This document shows, piece after piece, positions 20,380-29,955 of a stretch of DNA of 32,000 bases (the first letter of the stretch is position 1; each line of letters starts with the position of its first letter). The notes under the pieces are model-generated. The model saw only the letters and a program-made list of their open reading frames with translations. It had not been told where the DNA came from and searched no databases. The position numbers were made by a program, and so were the translations under genes. The DNA lies in assembly GCF_054391665.1 (NCBI RefSeq), contig NZ_CM136172.1; one strand, 5' to 3'.

Positions 20380-21225
20380 TTATAATGAAGGTAACATTTC
20401 CGAATAGTGCCTGGCAATAATATCATTTAGCCGATCAACCAGTTCTGGTTTCCTGAACGTGATGTGTGCGGAGCCCTTCTTAAAGTATCTGATGTTGAAC
20501 ATCTCATCTTCATAGCACGCTTTGCCCTGAACGGAGCGGATGTGATCATCCAGCCGAATGATGATATTTTCCCGGTTGTCAGGGATTGGTTTGCCACTGA
20601 ACAGATACAGCATTCTTTCCAGGTCGGCGAGTCGATCTGCCTGTTGCCCGGTGATAAGATGCAATCCCCACCGGTCCCCCCTCACCAGATTGTTGACGAT
20701 AATTTTACTGCCAAATTTACAGGGGGAGTTGGTTTTGTAATTCCAGCTCAGCCCTCTGAAGACGTTGATCACTCCTCGCTCAAACACTTCATCCTTATTC
20801 TGGTGCAGTTGCTCAAATGTGCTCCAAATGTTCGCTTCACTGATTTCCGGAAAGTTATCGTACTCCAGTGAGCGGTACCATGTATCACGGGCCTGCGCAT
20901 CCATTAATGACAGCATCCCGGAACGTTGCATCAGGTCACGCCAGATTTCGCGGTCAAGATTGCGGGTGATGGCTTTCATTGCGGTTTCCGGTTTCTCCAT
21001 GAGCCAGCAGCCACAGCGAAAATCCTGTTTCATGGCCCAGTCCAGAGAAGTTTTACCTCCAATACTTTCTGTCATTGATGAGATTTCAGCCAGTTGCCGG
21101 ATAAGTGTGTCGATTTGCAGCAGTGTAGTCTTTCGCACAGCCAGAATGTGGCTGACTGAGGTGGAGCAGATAACGTCCGTATGCCCGTTGACCACTTCCG
21201 GACGGGAGACTGTGATTGCAGACAT
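20380..21225 (-). CDS. DUF4942 domain protein
   Basis: 281 aa. SLDWAMKQDFRCGCWLMEKPETAMKAITRNLDREIWRDLMQRSGMLSLMDAQARDTWY... is typical of island proteins downstream of cbtA. Confidence 0.8.
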   Translation of the reverse strand: MSAITVSRPEVVNGHTDVICSTSVSHILAVRKTTLLQIDTLIRQLAEISSMTESIGGKTSLDWAMKQDFRCGCWLMEKPETAMKAITRNLDREIWRDLMQRSGMLSLMDAQARDTWYRSLEYDNFPEISEANIWSTFEQLHQNKDEVFERGVINVFRGLSWNYKTNSPCKFGSKIIVNNLVRGDRWGLHLITGQQADRLADLERMLYLFSGKPIPDNRENIIIRLDDHIRSVQGKACYEDEMFNIRYFKKGSAHITFRKPELVDRLNDIIARHYSEMLPSL

Positions 21226-21309
21226 AATCGATATTCCTTTTCGCAGATAAATGAAAACGCCAGCCCTGTTCAGGCTGGCGTCAGTGGAATGAAGTATGGT
21301 GAATGAGAC

Positions 21310-21507
21310 TCACCGGTTCTGGTCTGGAAGCTGCAACTGGCGCAGGGTACGGATATCTTCCCAGGCCTGTTCAATACAGGGCAGCAGTGCTGCCGAATCC
21401 GTTTTATCCTCATCGTTGTCGAAGATAATCCCTGATTCGCAGTCAATATTGTCCTGCAGCCACGCAATCAGAATATCCAGCGCCGTTTCTGTGGTTAATA
21501 ATTTCAT
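21310..21507 (-). CDS. DUF957 family small protein
   Basis: 65 aa from internal Met: MKLLTTETALDILIAWLQDNIDCESGIIFDNDEDKTDSAALLPCIEQAWEDIRTLRQLQLPDQNR. Confidence 0.78.
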   Translation of the reverse strand: MKLLTTETALDILIAWLQDNIDCESGIIFDNDEDKTDSAALLPCIEQAWEDIRTLRQLQLPDQNR

Positions 21508-21526
21508 CCAGTGTCTTTTGTCCTGA

Positions 21527-22015
21527 TTACCAGTCGAAAGTGGGGAGCCCCGGCAGACATTCTGCGCCGGCGTCCAGATGAATGAGACTGACGCCATAAC
21601 GCCGGGTGAGAGTGACGACCAGACGACGGAACGTTCTGGACAGGCCCAGGCGTTTAAGCCGCAGAACCGGGTACGACCATGCATCGGTACGTAACAGATA
21701 GCCGCTGCCTGTAAAATGAATCCATTCTGTTTCGCCGTCGTCATTAGTCTGGTGTGACAGCGAGTACAGCCAGGCGTTGTCCGTTTCCGTGATATGTGCG
21801 GTGCTGCAACGTATGCAGGTAAGGGTTGTTAACGGTGGTGGTGTACTGGTTGCGTGTTGGTCGGATTTATCGACCACGCGGAGTGAATAACCGTTTTCAG
21901 AGACCTTGTTAATCAGTTCACTGAGATTAACACCATCGACGTCAACGACAATGCGCCCCATGTTCAGTGCCTGCACGTTAACGCTGTCGGCTTCCAGCGT
22001 CAGGGCCAGTTTCAT
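21527..22015 (-). CDS. DUF5983 family protein
   Basis: 162 aa. [52 protein letters not shown].... The start overlaps the cbtA stop (ATGA). Confidence 0.78.
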   Translation of the reverse strand: MKLALTLEADSVNVQALNMGRIVVDVDGVNLSELINKVSENGYSLRVVDKSDQHATSTPPPLTTLTCIRCSTAHITETDNAWLYSLSHQTNDDGETEWIHFTGSGYLLRTDAWSYPVLRLKRLGLSRTFRRLVVTLTRRYGVSLIHLDAGAECLPGLPTFDW

Positions 22016-22389
22016 CGTTTTGCCTCCGGATGCTTGCCCTGGGTAATGTTATTTACCATTCTGTAATTGTTCCGGGTCATCAGGCCGGTCGCCCTGCGAG
22101 CCCGGAGAATATCAATGCTGTTGATTAACTGCGATGGGGCTCCTGCGCTGAATCCCGGCTGGTCGGTACGTACCAGCGCGTATTTTTCAACGAGAAAGTT
22201 CACCGCGTCACACAGTGAAATCCCTGCCTCAATATGCTGCTCAATCACACGTTCATCAGCGAACGGTGTGTCATTCAGCGTGAGGCCATAGTGCTGGTCC
22301 AGCAGTCGGGTGAGCAGTGTCTGCCAGATGGTGACGGGAGACGGGCAGCCCGATGCCTCCCGTACGTGAGTGTCGGGTAATGTATTCAT
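22012..22389 (-). CDS. cbtA: CbtA/YeeV/YkfI-family toxin
   Basis: 125 aa from internal Met: [76 protein letters not shown].... Confidence 0.93.
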   Translation of the reverse strand: MNTLPDTHVREASGCPSPVTIWQTLLTRLLDQHYGLTLNDTPFADERVIEQHIEAGISLCDAVNFLVEKYALVRTDQPGFSAGAPSQLINSIDILRARRATGLMTRNNYRMVNNITQGKHPEAKR

Positions 22390-22435
22390 CTTAAGTTCTC
22401 TGTAACAGGTGGTGATAAAGGGGAGATATCCGGGG

Positions 22436-22813
22436 TTATACGGTGATTGCGGGCTCTGCCGGTGTCGGATAAACAGCCAGATAAGCGTAACCACAACTGC
22501 CAAGGGTATCGGCTTCGCAGGTCAGCCCCTTCGCATACAGTGTGATGGTATGCTGATGGCGGGGATTCAGTTCACCGCTGGTGAGCATGAGTTCCAGTTG
22601 TTTCATCAGCAGCGGAAAGGCCTGGTCCAGGTGGTATGCATCCGCGTCGCTGAACCGGCCTCTGATACCGGCACGGTCGGCAAGGTAATGCAACCGGTTA
22701 CCCTCCTGCACCAGACGGGCGCCGAAACAGGGCGTCACTGTGCAGGGTAGTCCCCACCAGGGATGGTCGTCATTGTCATCGGGATGCGTTGTCCCGGAAA
22801 GTGTGTCTGACAC
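22436..22813 (-). CDS. cbeA: CbeA/YeeU-family antitoxin (probable GTG start)
   Basis: 125 aa: (V/M)[76 protein letters not shown].... Confidence 0.92.
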   Translation of the reverse strand: MSDTLSGTTHPDDNDDHPWWGLPCTVTPCFGARLVQEGNRLHYLADRAGIRGRFSDADAYHLDQAFPLLMKQLELMLTSGELNPRHQHTITLYAKGLTCEADTLGSCGYAYLAVYPTPAEPAITV

Positions 22814-22862
22814 GATAAAATCCTCACAGAAAATCGGTGAATGATAGTTTAACGATGACGGG

Positions 22863-22976
22863 TCAGCCGGCGCGCAGACCGGCTTCGGTAAAGGTGTATT
22901 CGTTGATGAGCAGGACCTCATCCACAGCGGCGTCTGAGCTCAGCCAGTCGTACTCGTTTTCCGGGTGACGGAACAT
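22863..22976 (-). CDS. 37-aa small ORF between yeeT and cbeA
   Basis: MFRHPENEYDWLSSDAAVDEVLLINEYTFTEAGLRAG*. Its ATG overlaps the yeeT TGA (TGATG), consistent with translational coupling. Confidence 0.45.
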   Translation of the reverse strand: MFRHPENEYDWLSSDAAVDEVLLINEYTFTEAGLRAG

Positions 22977-23197
22977 CAGTTCAGGGTGACGCTCATCAGC
23001 CGGACATACGGACCAAAACTGTCCTTACGGCGTTCTGCAAACACGGCCAGCACACCGGGAATATCCTGCACTTCACGACCGGTATACGCTTCAGCACTGC
23101 CGTGCCAGCGGTATTTGCCGGTACAGAACGGAAAAAGACGGGATGCAGGATGCTGTTGGTGAATACGCATGGCTTCACCACGGGTGATGATTTTCAT
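22976..23197 (-). CDS. yeeT: YeeT family (DUF987)
   Basis: 73 aa: MKIITRGEAMRIHQQHPASRLFPFCTGKYRWHGSAEAYTGREVQDIPGVLAVFAERRKDSFGPYVRLMSVTLN. Confidence 0.9.
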   Translation of the reverse strand: MKIITRGEAMRIHQQHPASRLFPFCTGKYRWHGSAEAYTGREVQDIPGVLAVFAERRKDSFGPYVRLMSVTLN

Positions 23198-23259
23198 AAT
23201 GGGATACCTCTGAAGACAGAAGATAAAAGTGAAAACAGGTGTGATGTGGTTGTGACGGG

Positions 23260-23736
23260 TTAAAGCAGACCATGTTCGGCAAAGGAGAAAACCTGGTTGC
23301 CACCGACTATCAGATGGTCCGGCACCCGGATATCCACCAGGCCCAGAGCCTGTACCAGACGTTCGGTGATAAGCCGGTCTGCCTTACTGGGTGTGACTTC
23401 ACCGGACGGGTGATTGTGTGCCAGCACCACAGCAGCGGCATTGTGATACAGGGCGCGTTTAATCACTTCCCGGGGATGGACTTCCGTGCGGTTGATGGTG
23501 CCGGTGAAGAGGGTTTCACCGGCAATCAGCTGATTCTGGTTGTTCAGATACAGCACCCGGAACTCTTCACGCTCCAGTCCCGCCATGTTCAGAATCAGCC
23601 ATTCCCGTGCCGCACGGGTGGAGGTGAAGGCCACGCCGGGTTCATGAAGATGGCGGTCCAGGGTTTTCAGGGCCCGTTGAATGAGGCTGCGCTCGCCGGG
23701 CGTCATCTCTCCGGGCAGAAAGGAAAGCTGTTGCAT
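23260..23736 (-). CDS. yeeS: RadC/JAB-family protein YeeS
   Basis: MQQLSFLPGEMTPGERSLIQRALKTLDRHL... with the metalloprotease-like motif AAAVVLAHNHPSGEVTPSKAD. Confidence 0.9.
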   Translation of the reverse strand: MQQLSFLPGEMTPGERSLIQRALKTLDRHLHEPGVAFTSTRAAREWLILNMAGLEREEFRVLYLNNQNQLIAGETLFTGTINRTEVHPREVIKRALYHNAAAVVLAHNHPSGEVTPSKADRLITERLVQALGLVDIRVPDHLIVGGNQVFSFAEHGLL

Positions 23737-23751
23737 TGTGCTTCTCTCCAT

Positions 23752-24225
23752 TCAGTCGATGATGCGCATAATGGCGCTGCATTCCGGATGCTGCAGGGCG
23801 TAATCCCGCAGCCGGTAATAATGGACCGTCATGGCATAACACTCCGTACGACAGGCATGATGACTGTACGTCATCAGACAGGCAGCAATGCCGGCGGCTT
23901 CCGGGCTCATTTCAGCGCGGTTACCGTTCATGGCATTGAACAGTACCCATGTTTCGTCATCATCGTCATCCGGTTCGGGTGCCATAAATGCCCCGCCGTT
24001 GTTCAGGGTGTACAGATTCCAGATACCACCGCAGTAGTTTTCGCAAAGACGGTCCATCCAGCCGAAGACACGGGGTTCCAGGGTGACCCACTGTGGAATG
24101 AGGCCAAAATGCTGCGGCCAGAAGCTGATGCGCTGTTCATCAGGGACAATGGTGGCAACCAGTTGTTGCAGGCCAGTCTCCGGTGCACAGGCCGAAGCGG
24201 TGGTGTTCTGAGACAATGTTTTCAT
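23752..24225 (-). CDS. Antirestriction protein, ArdB/KlcA (YfjX) family
   Basis: 157 aa from internal Met: MKTLSQNTTASACAPETGLQQLVATIVPDEQRISFWPQHFGLIPQWVTLEPRVFGWMDRLCENYCGGIWNLYTLNNGGAFMAP.... Confidence 0.88.
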   Translation of the reverse strand: MKTLSQNTTASACAPETGLQQLVATIVPDEQRISFWPQHFGLIPQWVTLEPRVFGWMDRLCENYCGGIWNLYTLNNGGAFMAPEPDDDDDETWVLFNAMNGNRAEMSPEAAGIAACLMTYSHHACRTECYAMTVHYYRLRDYALQHPECSAIMRIID

Positions 24226-24390
24226 GTATGAAATCCTTGTAATGTGAATAAATGAGAGGGAGTAAAGGTCGGGAGCTGGCAACATCACGTTCATCACTGA
24301 CCGTGAGACCCGGTAATATCAGGGATGAATGATATTCGGCTGAAATTCCGGACAGCTGTACGCGTAACCGTTCCGGTCACAGACGGATGG

Positions 24391-24564
24391 TCAGATGCCA
24401 TTGCCTGTACTCAGTCTGCACAGGCTGAGCTCTCCGGAACGGTAAAGCAGGCGGGTACACCAGGTGCACAGGTCATCATCAGAAATGGAACGACACCCCG
24501 GCAGCGCCTCCGGGGCGTCGGGTGATTCTGGTACCTGAATCACGCCTTCAGGGACAGGCTGCAT
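24391..24564 (-). CDS. 57-aa Cys-containing small protein, possibly truncated by an in-frame TGA
   Basis: MQPVPEGVIQVPESPDAPEALPGCRSISDDDLCTWCTRLLYRSGELSLCRLSTGNGI*. ATG overlaps the preceding DUF932 gene's TGA (TGATG). Confidence 0.5.
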   Translation of the reverse strand: MQPVPEGVIQVPESPDAPEALPGCRSISDDDLCTWCTRLLYRSGELSLCRLSTGNGI

Positions 24565-25382
24565 CAGCGCAGGCTCTCCAGCATCGTTTCTGCCATCACC
24601 CACAATGCGCGATTGAGCTTAATGTCGGTATCAATGCTGTGAATGGCCCGGGTATGGATACGTTTTCCTCTGGCACTGCGACCGGAAATCCCGCCTTTCA
24701 GCATATTCTCCTGGATGGTCTGATATGCGCTCCACAGGTCCTTACCGTAATCCTCCCGGCGTCGTGGCGTCAGAATGTCGGCGGTGGTGACGGGCTGATG
24801 TTCGTCACCATAACGGTAAGTCAGCGCCGCCTGTGCCAGCGCCTGGCGTGCCGGTGGCGGCAGGACCAGCGACTGCATGGCATCACGCTTTTCCTCAATC
24901 CGGTCAAAAACGCCCACCACCTCGTAAGCCCCTTCAATGACTCTGTCCACCACATTTCCCCGATGCGGAACACGCACTTCCCCCAGAGACTGACCACAGA
25001 CGCATCCGTTCTGACAGACGAACCTGAAGTAACCCGGCAGCATCTGGTAGCTGGAGGTACCGTCATGGGAGTTGAGCAGAATGATTTCAGGGACATGTTC
25101 TCCGTTTATCTCTCCGGCCCGCCGCAGACGCAGCATATGTTTTGTGTATCCCCGGCGGCCCGGGTCGCGCACACGGGTCTGGCAGGCGAAGAATGGCTGA
25201 AAGCCTTCCCGCTGCAGGCTTTCCAGTACGGTGATGGTGGGAATGTACGCATATCGTTTACTGCGGGAAGTATGCCGGTCTTCACCGAAAATACCGGGAA
25301 CATAGTGCATCAGTTCTTCGTGTGTCAGCGGACGGTCACGGCGTATCTGGTTCGTATAACCAAAACGACTGGCTAGTCGCAT
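24564..25382 (-). CDS. DUF932 (YfjQ/YafZ-like) protein
   Basis: 272 aa: MRLASRFGYTNQIRRDRPLTHEELMHYVPGIFGEDRHTSRSKRYAYIPTITVLESLQREGFQPFFACQTRVRDPGRRGYTKHMLRLR.... Confidence 0.88.
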   Translation of the reverse strand: MRLASRFGYTNQIRRDRPLTHEELMHYVPGIFGEDRHTSRSKRYAYIPTITVLESLQREGFQPFFACQTRVRDPGRRGYTKHMLRLRRAGEINGEHVPEIILLNSHDGTSSYQMLPGYFRFVCQNGCVCGQSLGEVRVPHRGNVVDRVIEGAYEVVGVFDRIEEKRDAMQSLVLPPPARQALAQAALTYRYGDEHQPVTTADILTPRRREDYGKDLWSAYQTIQENMLKGGISGRSARGKRIHTRAIHSIDTDIKLNRALWVMAETMLESLR

Positions 25383-25536
25383 AATTTGCTCCTTATCGGT
25401 GGTTAAGATTTACTGGTGTAATAAATGAAAAAGCCACGTCTCCCGGAGAAGACGCGGCCTGACAGATGAAATGAATGACGTTTATTGTCTGAGAAGCCCT
25501 TAACTGGCGAGCTGAGTATTAAGCTGTGTTCCGGCA

Positions 25537-25695
25537 TCACCAGCGCAACTGACCTTCAGCATTACGGATAACCAGCCGGGAATATGTTCCCTGGTCATCT
25601 TCAGTAAACACATTGCGGTAAGCTGTTTTGACGGCAACAGCCTGTTCGCGTGAGAAAGGGCCTTCGGGCAATAAACGTGATGTACAACCCGGCAT
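25537..25695 (-). CDS. DUF905 (YkfF-like) protein, C-terminus apparently disrupted
   Basis: [52 protein letters not shown]. Matches DUF905 proteins but stops right after the conserved W. Confidence 0.6.
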   Translation of the reverse strand: MPGCTSRLLPEGPFSREQAVAVKTAYRNVFTEDDQGTYSRLVIRNAEGQLRW

Positions 25696-25765
25696 ATCTG
25701 TTGCTCCCTGAAAGTAAAAAGCCCCGGTCATGATGACCGGGGCCTGAAGGAGAGTGACCTGATTA

Positions 25766-28612
25766 TCAGAAAGTCACATTCAGCGTGGCCTGACCGTTAT
25801 AACCTTCAGCGCTGCTGCCGCTGACGCTGTGGGCATAACCGGCCTGAACGCCCAGGGTGATATTTTCCCGGACACGGGCTTCCAGTCCGGCCTGCAGGTC
25901 CAGTGACGTGCCATTCCGGGACGGTGAGAACGTCATGTTACTGCCGGCGGCGGCTGTACCCATGCTCATGTCACCCCGGGAGCTGAAAGTGCGGATAACA
26001 GAAGGCTGTACCCACCAGTTCACCGGCAGTTCACTCACACGGTGTTTTGTACTGTCGCGCAGAGTGTCACGGGATGAGGTGCCTTCGCCAAAGGTCATAT
26101 CGTTGTGGCTGCCCAGACGGAAGCCGGCACGCACATGTTGTGCACTGCCATGCCCGAACTTCACATAACCGGCGTTATCCTGGCCGTCATCCAGGGAAAG
26201 TCCCTGCCAGGTATACTGCAGTTGTGGCTCCAGCATCAGGTTGTCAGTGATACTGAAGGGCAGACCGGTTTCCAGTGAGCCCAGCCAGCCCCAGCCGCGG
26301 GCGCGGAAGTCGTTATTGTCCGATGACGCTTTCATGCTGTGGCGGGTTCCCTGTGCCACAATGTCAGCCCACAGGCCGGAGGACGTGTGTGTCAGATTCA
26401 GGTATCCGCCCAGGCTGCCGGCATCATTCCGGACCGTGCCGGCGCGGGAACCGTCATCATCCTTAACATCAACGGAAGAATGGCCTGCGGCACCATGCAC
26501 CCCTGTCGTCAGAGACATACCGGCAACCTCTGTTCTGAGCAGGTCACCCTCCAGACGGACGAAGCCATAGCTGCCGCTGCTTTCCGGCGTGGCTCCACGG
26601 GCAATACCGCCGTTGTTATCGTGACCGAGATGACCGCCCTGAATGCTGAGACGGACGCTGTTATTTTCACCGTTTACACCGGTCTGATGGCTGCGGGAGC
26701 CTGCCAGAATCCGGTCATAGTCCATTGCCTGTGTCAGCATGGATGTATACAGGGGGACTTCAGCACGATAAGCATTTTCACTGCGCAGGTACCAGTCTTC
26801 ATCGCTGTCACGGTTCAGGGTGTAGTTAAAGGCGCCGGCCTGAAGCGGGCGACTCAGGGCAAACGCACCTTCTTCTGTGGTGGCGCCATTCTGTGCATCC
26901 ACAACCCGGATACCCTGTCCGGAGGTTGCCACCCCGAGGTTGCTGTTTCCGACATTTGTAAACGCAAGCCAGGTTTTGCCGGTTGCCTGACCACCATTAA
27001 TCACCAGCTGGTCAGAGGCATTGCTGCCATCAAGGCGAACACGCATATTGATGGTGCCACCCTGACCGGTGAGGTTACTGGTGGTCAGTTTATGGAACGT
27101 TACCGGGGAGTCGCCTTTTGCAACAGCACGGCTCAGTACGGCATCCGGTGTTGTCTGATTGTCAAAGTAAATCTCCCCTGCGTTAACAATATCGCCGGTA
27201 CTGACCACATCACCATTCAGTACCATGCTGGCGCCTTTACTGAGCTGTGTTCTGCCACTCAGACTTCCCCCGGCAGCCAGCATCAGTGTTCCACGATGTC
27301 CGACAGTGGTGTTGCTGGCCTGTCCCCCGGCATTAACCGTAAAGCTGCCGCCATTTTCCAGCAGCAGTCCGCTGGCCTGACCGGATGTGCCATCAATACT
27401 GAACTTACCGCTGGCATTGGTCCCCTCAACAGTGGCACCACTGTCTGCAATCAGGGCACTACCGGATGTCATGGTGACATCTGTTGCCTTACCACCGGCA
27501 GACACTGCCAGGGTTCCGCCGTCATCCACCCGTGTTTTCTGCGCTGAATGGCCTTCCAGTACATCCAGGCGACCGCCGGACTCCAGAACAACGCCGTCAG
27601 CCTTACCGTTTTCCACCGTGAAATTGCCCAGACGGTTGCTGCCAAGAACCGTTGCCGCAGTACTGGTGACCAGTGCTCCACCCTGTTTCAGGGTGACATT
27701 CGTGGCTGTACCACCGGCGTTCACCTGCAGTTTGCCTTTCTGGTTAACGGTGGTGAAATCCGCCAGACCACCTTCCTTGACAATCTGCCAGCCGTCACTG
27801 TTTACAACCGTGTCAGAGGCTGTGCCTCCGTTGTGCACATACTGGTAACCGCCATTCAGTGTGGTATCCAGCGCATGCCCGTGTACCGTCTGGTCGCCGC
27901 CGGCATAAACCACAGTGGTATTTGCTGTTCCTTCAACAGCCACAATCTGACGACCATTTTTATTGATGGTGGTACGTACGGCATTTCCGCGAACAAACTG
28001 CCCGGTATCACCATTTTCTGCATCTGGTCCCCCTTCCGCGCCGGTATTCACAACCGTGTCGGTTGCCATTGCGCCGGATTTGACGGCCTGCCAGCCCTTC
28101 TCATTAATGACGGTACCCGTTGCAATCCCGCCTTCATGTACCCACTGCTCACCGCCGTTCAGAGTGGTATTCACTGCCTGCCCCTGAAGGCTCTGTCCGC
28201 CTCCGGCACTGATAACCGTGTCTGAAACGCTTCCTCCGGCATTCACTCTCTGAAGACCACCACCGGTGACAGTAGTGTTGTTGGCGATACCGCCATTTTG
28301 TATCCATTGCCCGCCGGTATTGGCCTCGTTATCCGGCCCATACTCCAGACCGGTACTGATGGTCATTCCGTTGGCCGTACCGAGAACAATCTGGTTGTCA
28401 TGATTTGTCAGTGTTCCGCCGCTCACGGTTTCTCCCGCCTGTACAACCGTGTCAGCAGCCAGTGCCGGAACTGATGTGACAGCAGCAAGAGACAGCGCAA
28501 TCGCCACACCGGTGCGTTTTCCCCGTGAGCGCGCCAGTTCGGAAGCCACCACCAGGGTGCCCGTAATGTGATTCCATACCAGCCTGTAGCTGGTGTTCAG
28601 ATGTCGTTTCAT
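25766..28612 (-). CDS. Antigen 43/Cah-type self-associating autotransporter
   Basis: 948 aa from [33 protein letters not shown]. Extended signal peptide, repetitive beta-helix passenger, and C-terminal barrel ending ...[25 protein letters not shown]. Confidence 0.93.
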   Translation of the reverse strand: MKRHLNTSYRLVWNHITGTLVVASELARSRGKRTGVAIALSLAAVTSVPALAADTVVQAGETVSGGTLTNHDNQIVLGTANGMTISTGLEYGPDNEANTGGQWIQNGGIANNTTVTGGGLQRVNAGGSVSDTVISAGGGQSLQGQAVNTTLNGGEQWVHEGGIATGTVINEKGWQAVKSGAMATDTVVNTGAEGGPDAENGDTGQFVRGNAVRTTINKNGRQIVAVEGTANTTVVYAGGDQTVHGHALDTTLNGGYQYVHNGGTASDTVVNSDGWQIVKEGGLADFTTVNQKGKLQVNAGGTATNVTLKQGGALVTSTAATVLGSNRLGNFTVENGKADGVVLESGGRLDVLEGHSAQKTRVDDGGTLAVSAGGKATDVTMTSGSALIADSGATVEGTNASGKFSIDGTSGQASGLLLENGGSFTVNAGGQASNTTVGHRGTLMLAAGGSLSGRTQLSKGASMVLNGDVVSTGDIVNAGEIYFDNQTTPDAVLSRAVAKGDSPVTFHKLTTSNLTGQGGTINMRVRLDGSNASDQLVINGGQATGKTWLAFTNVGNSNLGVATSGQGIRVVDAQNGATTEEGAFALSRPLQAGAFNYTLNRDSDEDWYLRSENAYRAEVPLYTSMLTQAMDYDRILAGSRSHQTGVNGENNSVRLSIQGGHLGHDNNGGIARGATPESSGSYGFVRLEGDLLRTEVAGMSLTTGVHGAAGHSSVDVKDDDGSRAGTVRNDAGSLGGYLNLTHTSSGLWADIVAQGTRHSMKASSDNNDFRARGWGWLGSLETGLPFSITDNLMLEPQLQYTWQGLSLDDGQDNAGYVKFGHGSAQHVRAGFRLGSHNDMTFGEGTSSRDTLRDSTKHRVSELPVNWWVQPSVIRTFSSRGDMSMGTAAAGSNMTFSPSRNGTSLDLQAGLEARVRENITLGVQAGYAHSVSGSSAEGYNGQATLNVTF

Positions 28613-28829
28613 CAGCTTTTCCTTACAGAGGGTGAATAAAAAAGCCGGTACCCACAAAAGTGGATACCGGCAGGTACAAAACAGCATGGTCAGATAAAGT
28701 GGTTTTTCCCGGACATAAATGCTTCCCCTCTCTCATCCGCCAGAGAAGTATCAGTCCGTTGTGTGCAATTCCGTTCTGCATGATGAAGAGATTCAGCTGC
28801 CTTTTCGCAGACCATTAACCACTATAAAC

Positions 28830-28865
28830 GATCGATGGTAACGATCGATACCTGTTTTATCGATC
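28830..28865 (-). promoter_or_regulatory. Three-GATC Dam/OxyR phase-variation-type region upstream of the Ag43-like gene
   Basis: GATC at 28830-28833, 28843-28846 and 28862-28865 in acgatcgatggtaacgatcgatacctgttttatcgatcg, matching the known agn43 regulatory architecture. Confidence 0.82.
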
Positions 28866-28984
28866 GTTTTATTCTATTAACAGCAGGGCAGTCACGCAAG
28901 AGAAACAGGAGGGGGATGGAGTGTTTGTATCATGTTTTCAGTTGGTTAACGCAATGTAATCAGGCATTTCCCCTGGCAGAGTGT

Positions 28985-29896
28985 TCAGAAGAAAATCCAG
29001 TTCCATACAGCGCGGGCAACAGAGACCACCGTGTCACGGACGGCACGCAGAACCGTACGGGCAACAGAGGCAACACAGACGCTCTCCGCCGTGTCAAATA
29101 TCCGGTCCACCGCACCGGTAAACTGTTCACGGGCCTGAGCGCGGACAGATTCCGTGCGCAGCTCGTCCTGCAGGCGGGTCATCAGGGGACTGGCGGCATG
29201 GTCGGGAAGTGCTGTCATTAGCGCACTGACCAGCGTATCCAGTTCCCAGCCGGTGCGGGCCGATACGGCAACAACCGGATGTACGGGCCGGAACAGACGG
29301 AATACCGCCTCCGTTTTCTCCCGAATGTTCTGTGCCTGTGCGGGAGAAGGCTGAATGCCGGCCATATCCCATTCATGGCAGGGCTCCGTTTTGTCGGCCT
29401 GCGTCACCACAAACAGCACCTGCTGATGTCCCCGGTGCAGGATGTGTCGCCAGAAATACTCATCCACAGACAGGGCACGGTCATCGGCTTTAATCAGCCA
29501 CAGTACCAGGTCAAGTTCAGGCAGAATGTCACGGTACAGGGCTTCATACTCTGCATCCCTGTCCCGGCTCTCGCCCACCCCGGGCAGGTCAGTGATAACC
29601 ATGCTGTGACCATGTCCACTCAGACGGAAGCGCCGCACTTCCCGGGTGCCGGCGTGAACATCACTGACCGGGGTGACCTCCCCCTGAAACAGTGCATTAC
29701 AGAGTGAGGATTTACCGGCCCCGCTTTTACCCATAATGCCAATCACGGGTTCGTGACTGGTGAGTTTGCGCAGATGTTCCAGGATGTGACGGGAAAGTGA
29801 GTAAGGCAGAGAGGAGAGGGGTTTTTCAATTGCCTCAATGGCATCAGACGGATTCATACATGTATTCCCGGTGAAAAAAGACAAAACCCCGCACAC
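28985..29896 (-). CDS. YeeP/YfjP-type 50S ribosome-binding-like GTPase
   Basis: 303 aa with G1 GIMGKSGAGKSSLCNAL, G3 DLPGVGES and G4 VTQADK motifs; upstream of the Ag43-like gene as in CP4-44. Confidence 0.88.
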   Translation of the reverse strand: MCGVLSFFTGNTCMNPSDAIEAIEKPLSSLPYSLSRHILEHLRKLTSHEPVIGIMGKSGAGKSSLCNALFQGEVTPVSDVHAGTREVRRFRLSGHGHSMVITDLPGVGESRDRDAEYEALYRDILPELDLVLWLIKADDRALSVDEYFWRHILHRGHQQVLFVVTQADKTEPCHEWDMAGIQPSPAQAQNIREKTEAVFRLFRPVHPVVAVSARTGWELDTLVSALMTALPDHAASPLMTRLQDELRTESVRAQAREQFTGAVDRIFDTAESVCVASVARTVLRAVRDTVVSVARAVWNWIFF

Positions 29897-29955
29897 CGGA
29901 AAGGTGGCGGGGGACTCACGGAGATAATATCTGTCTGAAATTATTTTGAATGGTT

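Noticed and set aside
23272-24231. 319-aa plus-strand ORF opposite yeeS and the ArdB/KlcA-like gene
   Set aside because: Fully antisense to two well-recognised genes; its translation shows no domain.
20558-25376. Search for a novel defence system among the unfamiliar DUF genes
   Set aside because: The order matches the common CP4-44/CP4-57-type island block (cbtA/cbeA, yeeT, yeeS, ArdB-like, DUF932). Individual functions are partly unknown, but the arrangement is not new.
26339-28225. Long plus-strand ORFs (402 aa and 225 aa) opposite the Ag43-like gene
   Set aside because: Antisense to a repetitive GC-rich autotransporter, a known source of spurious ORFs.
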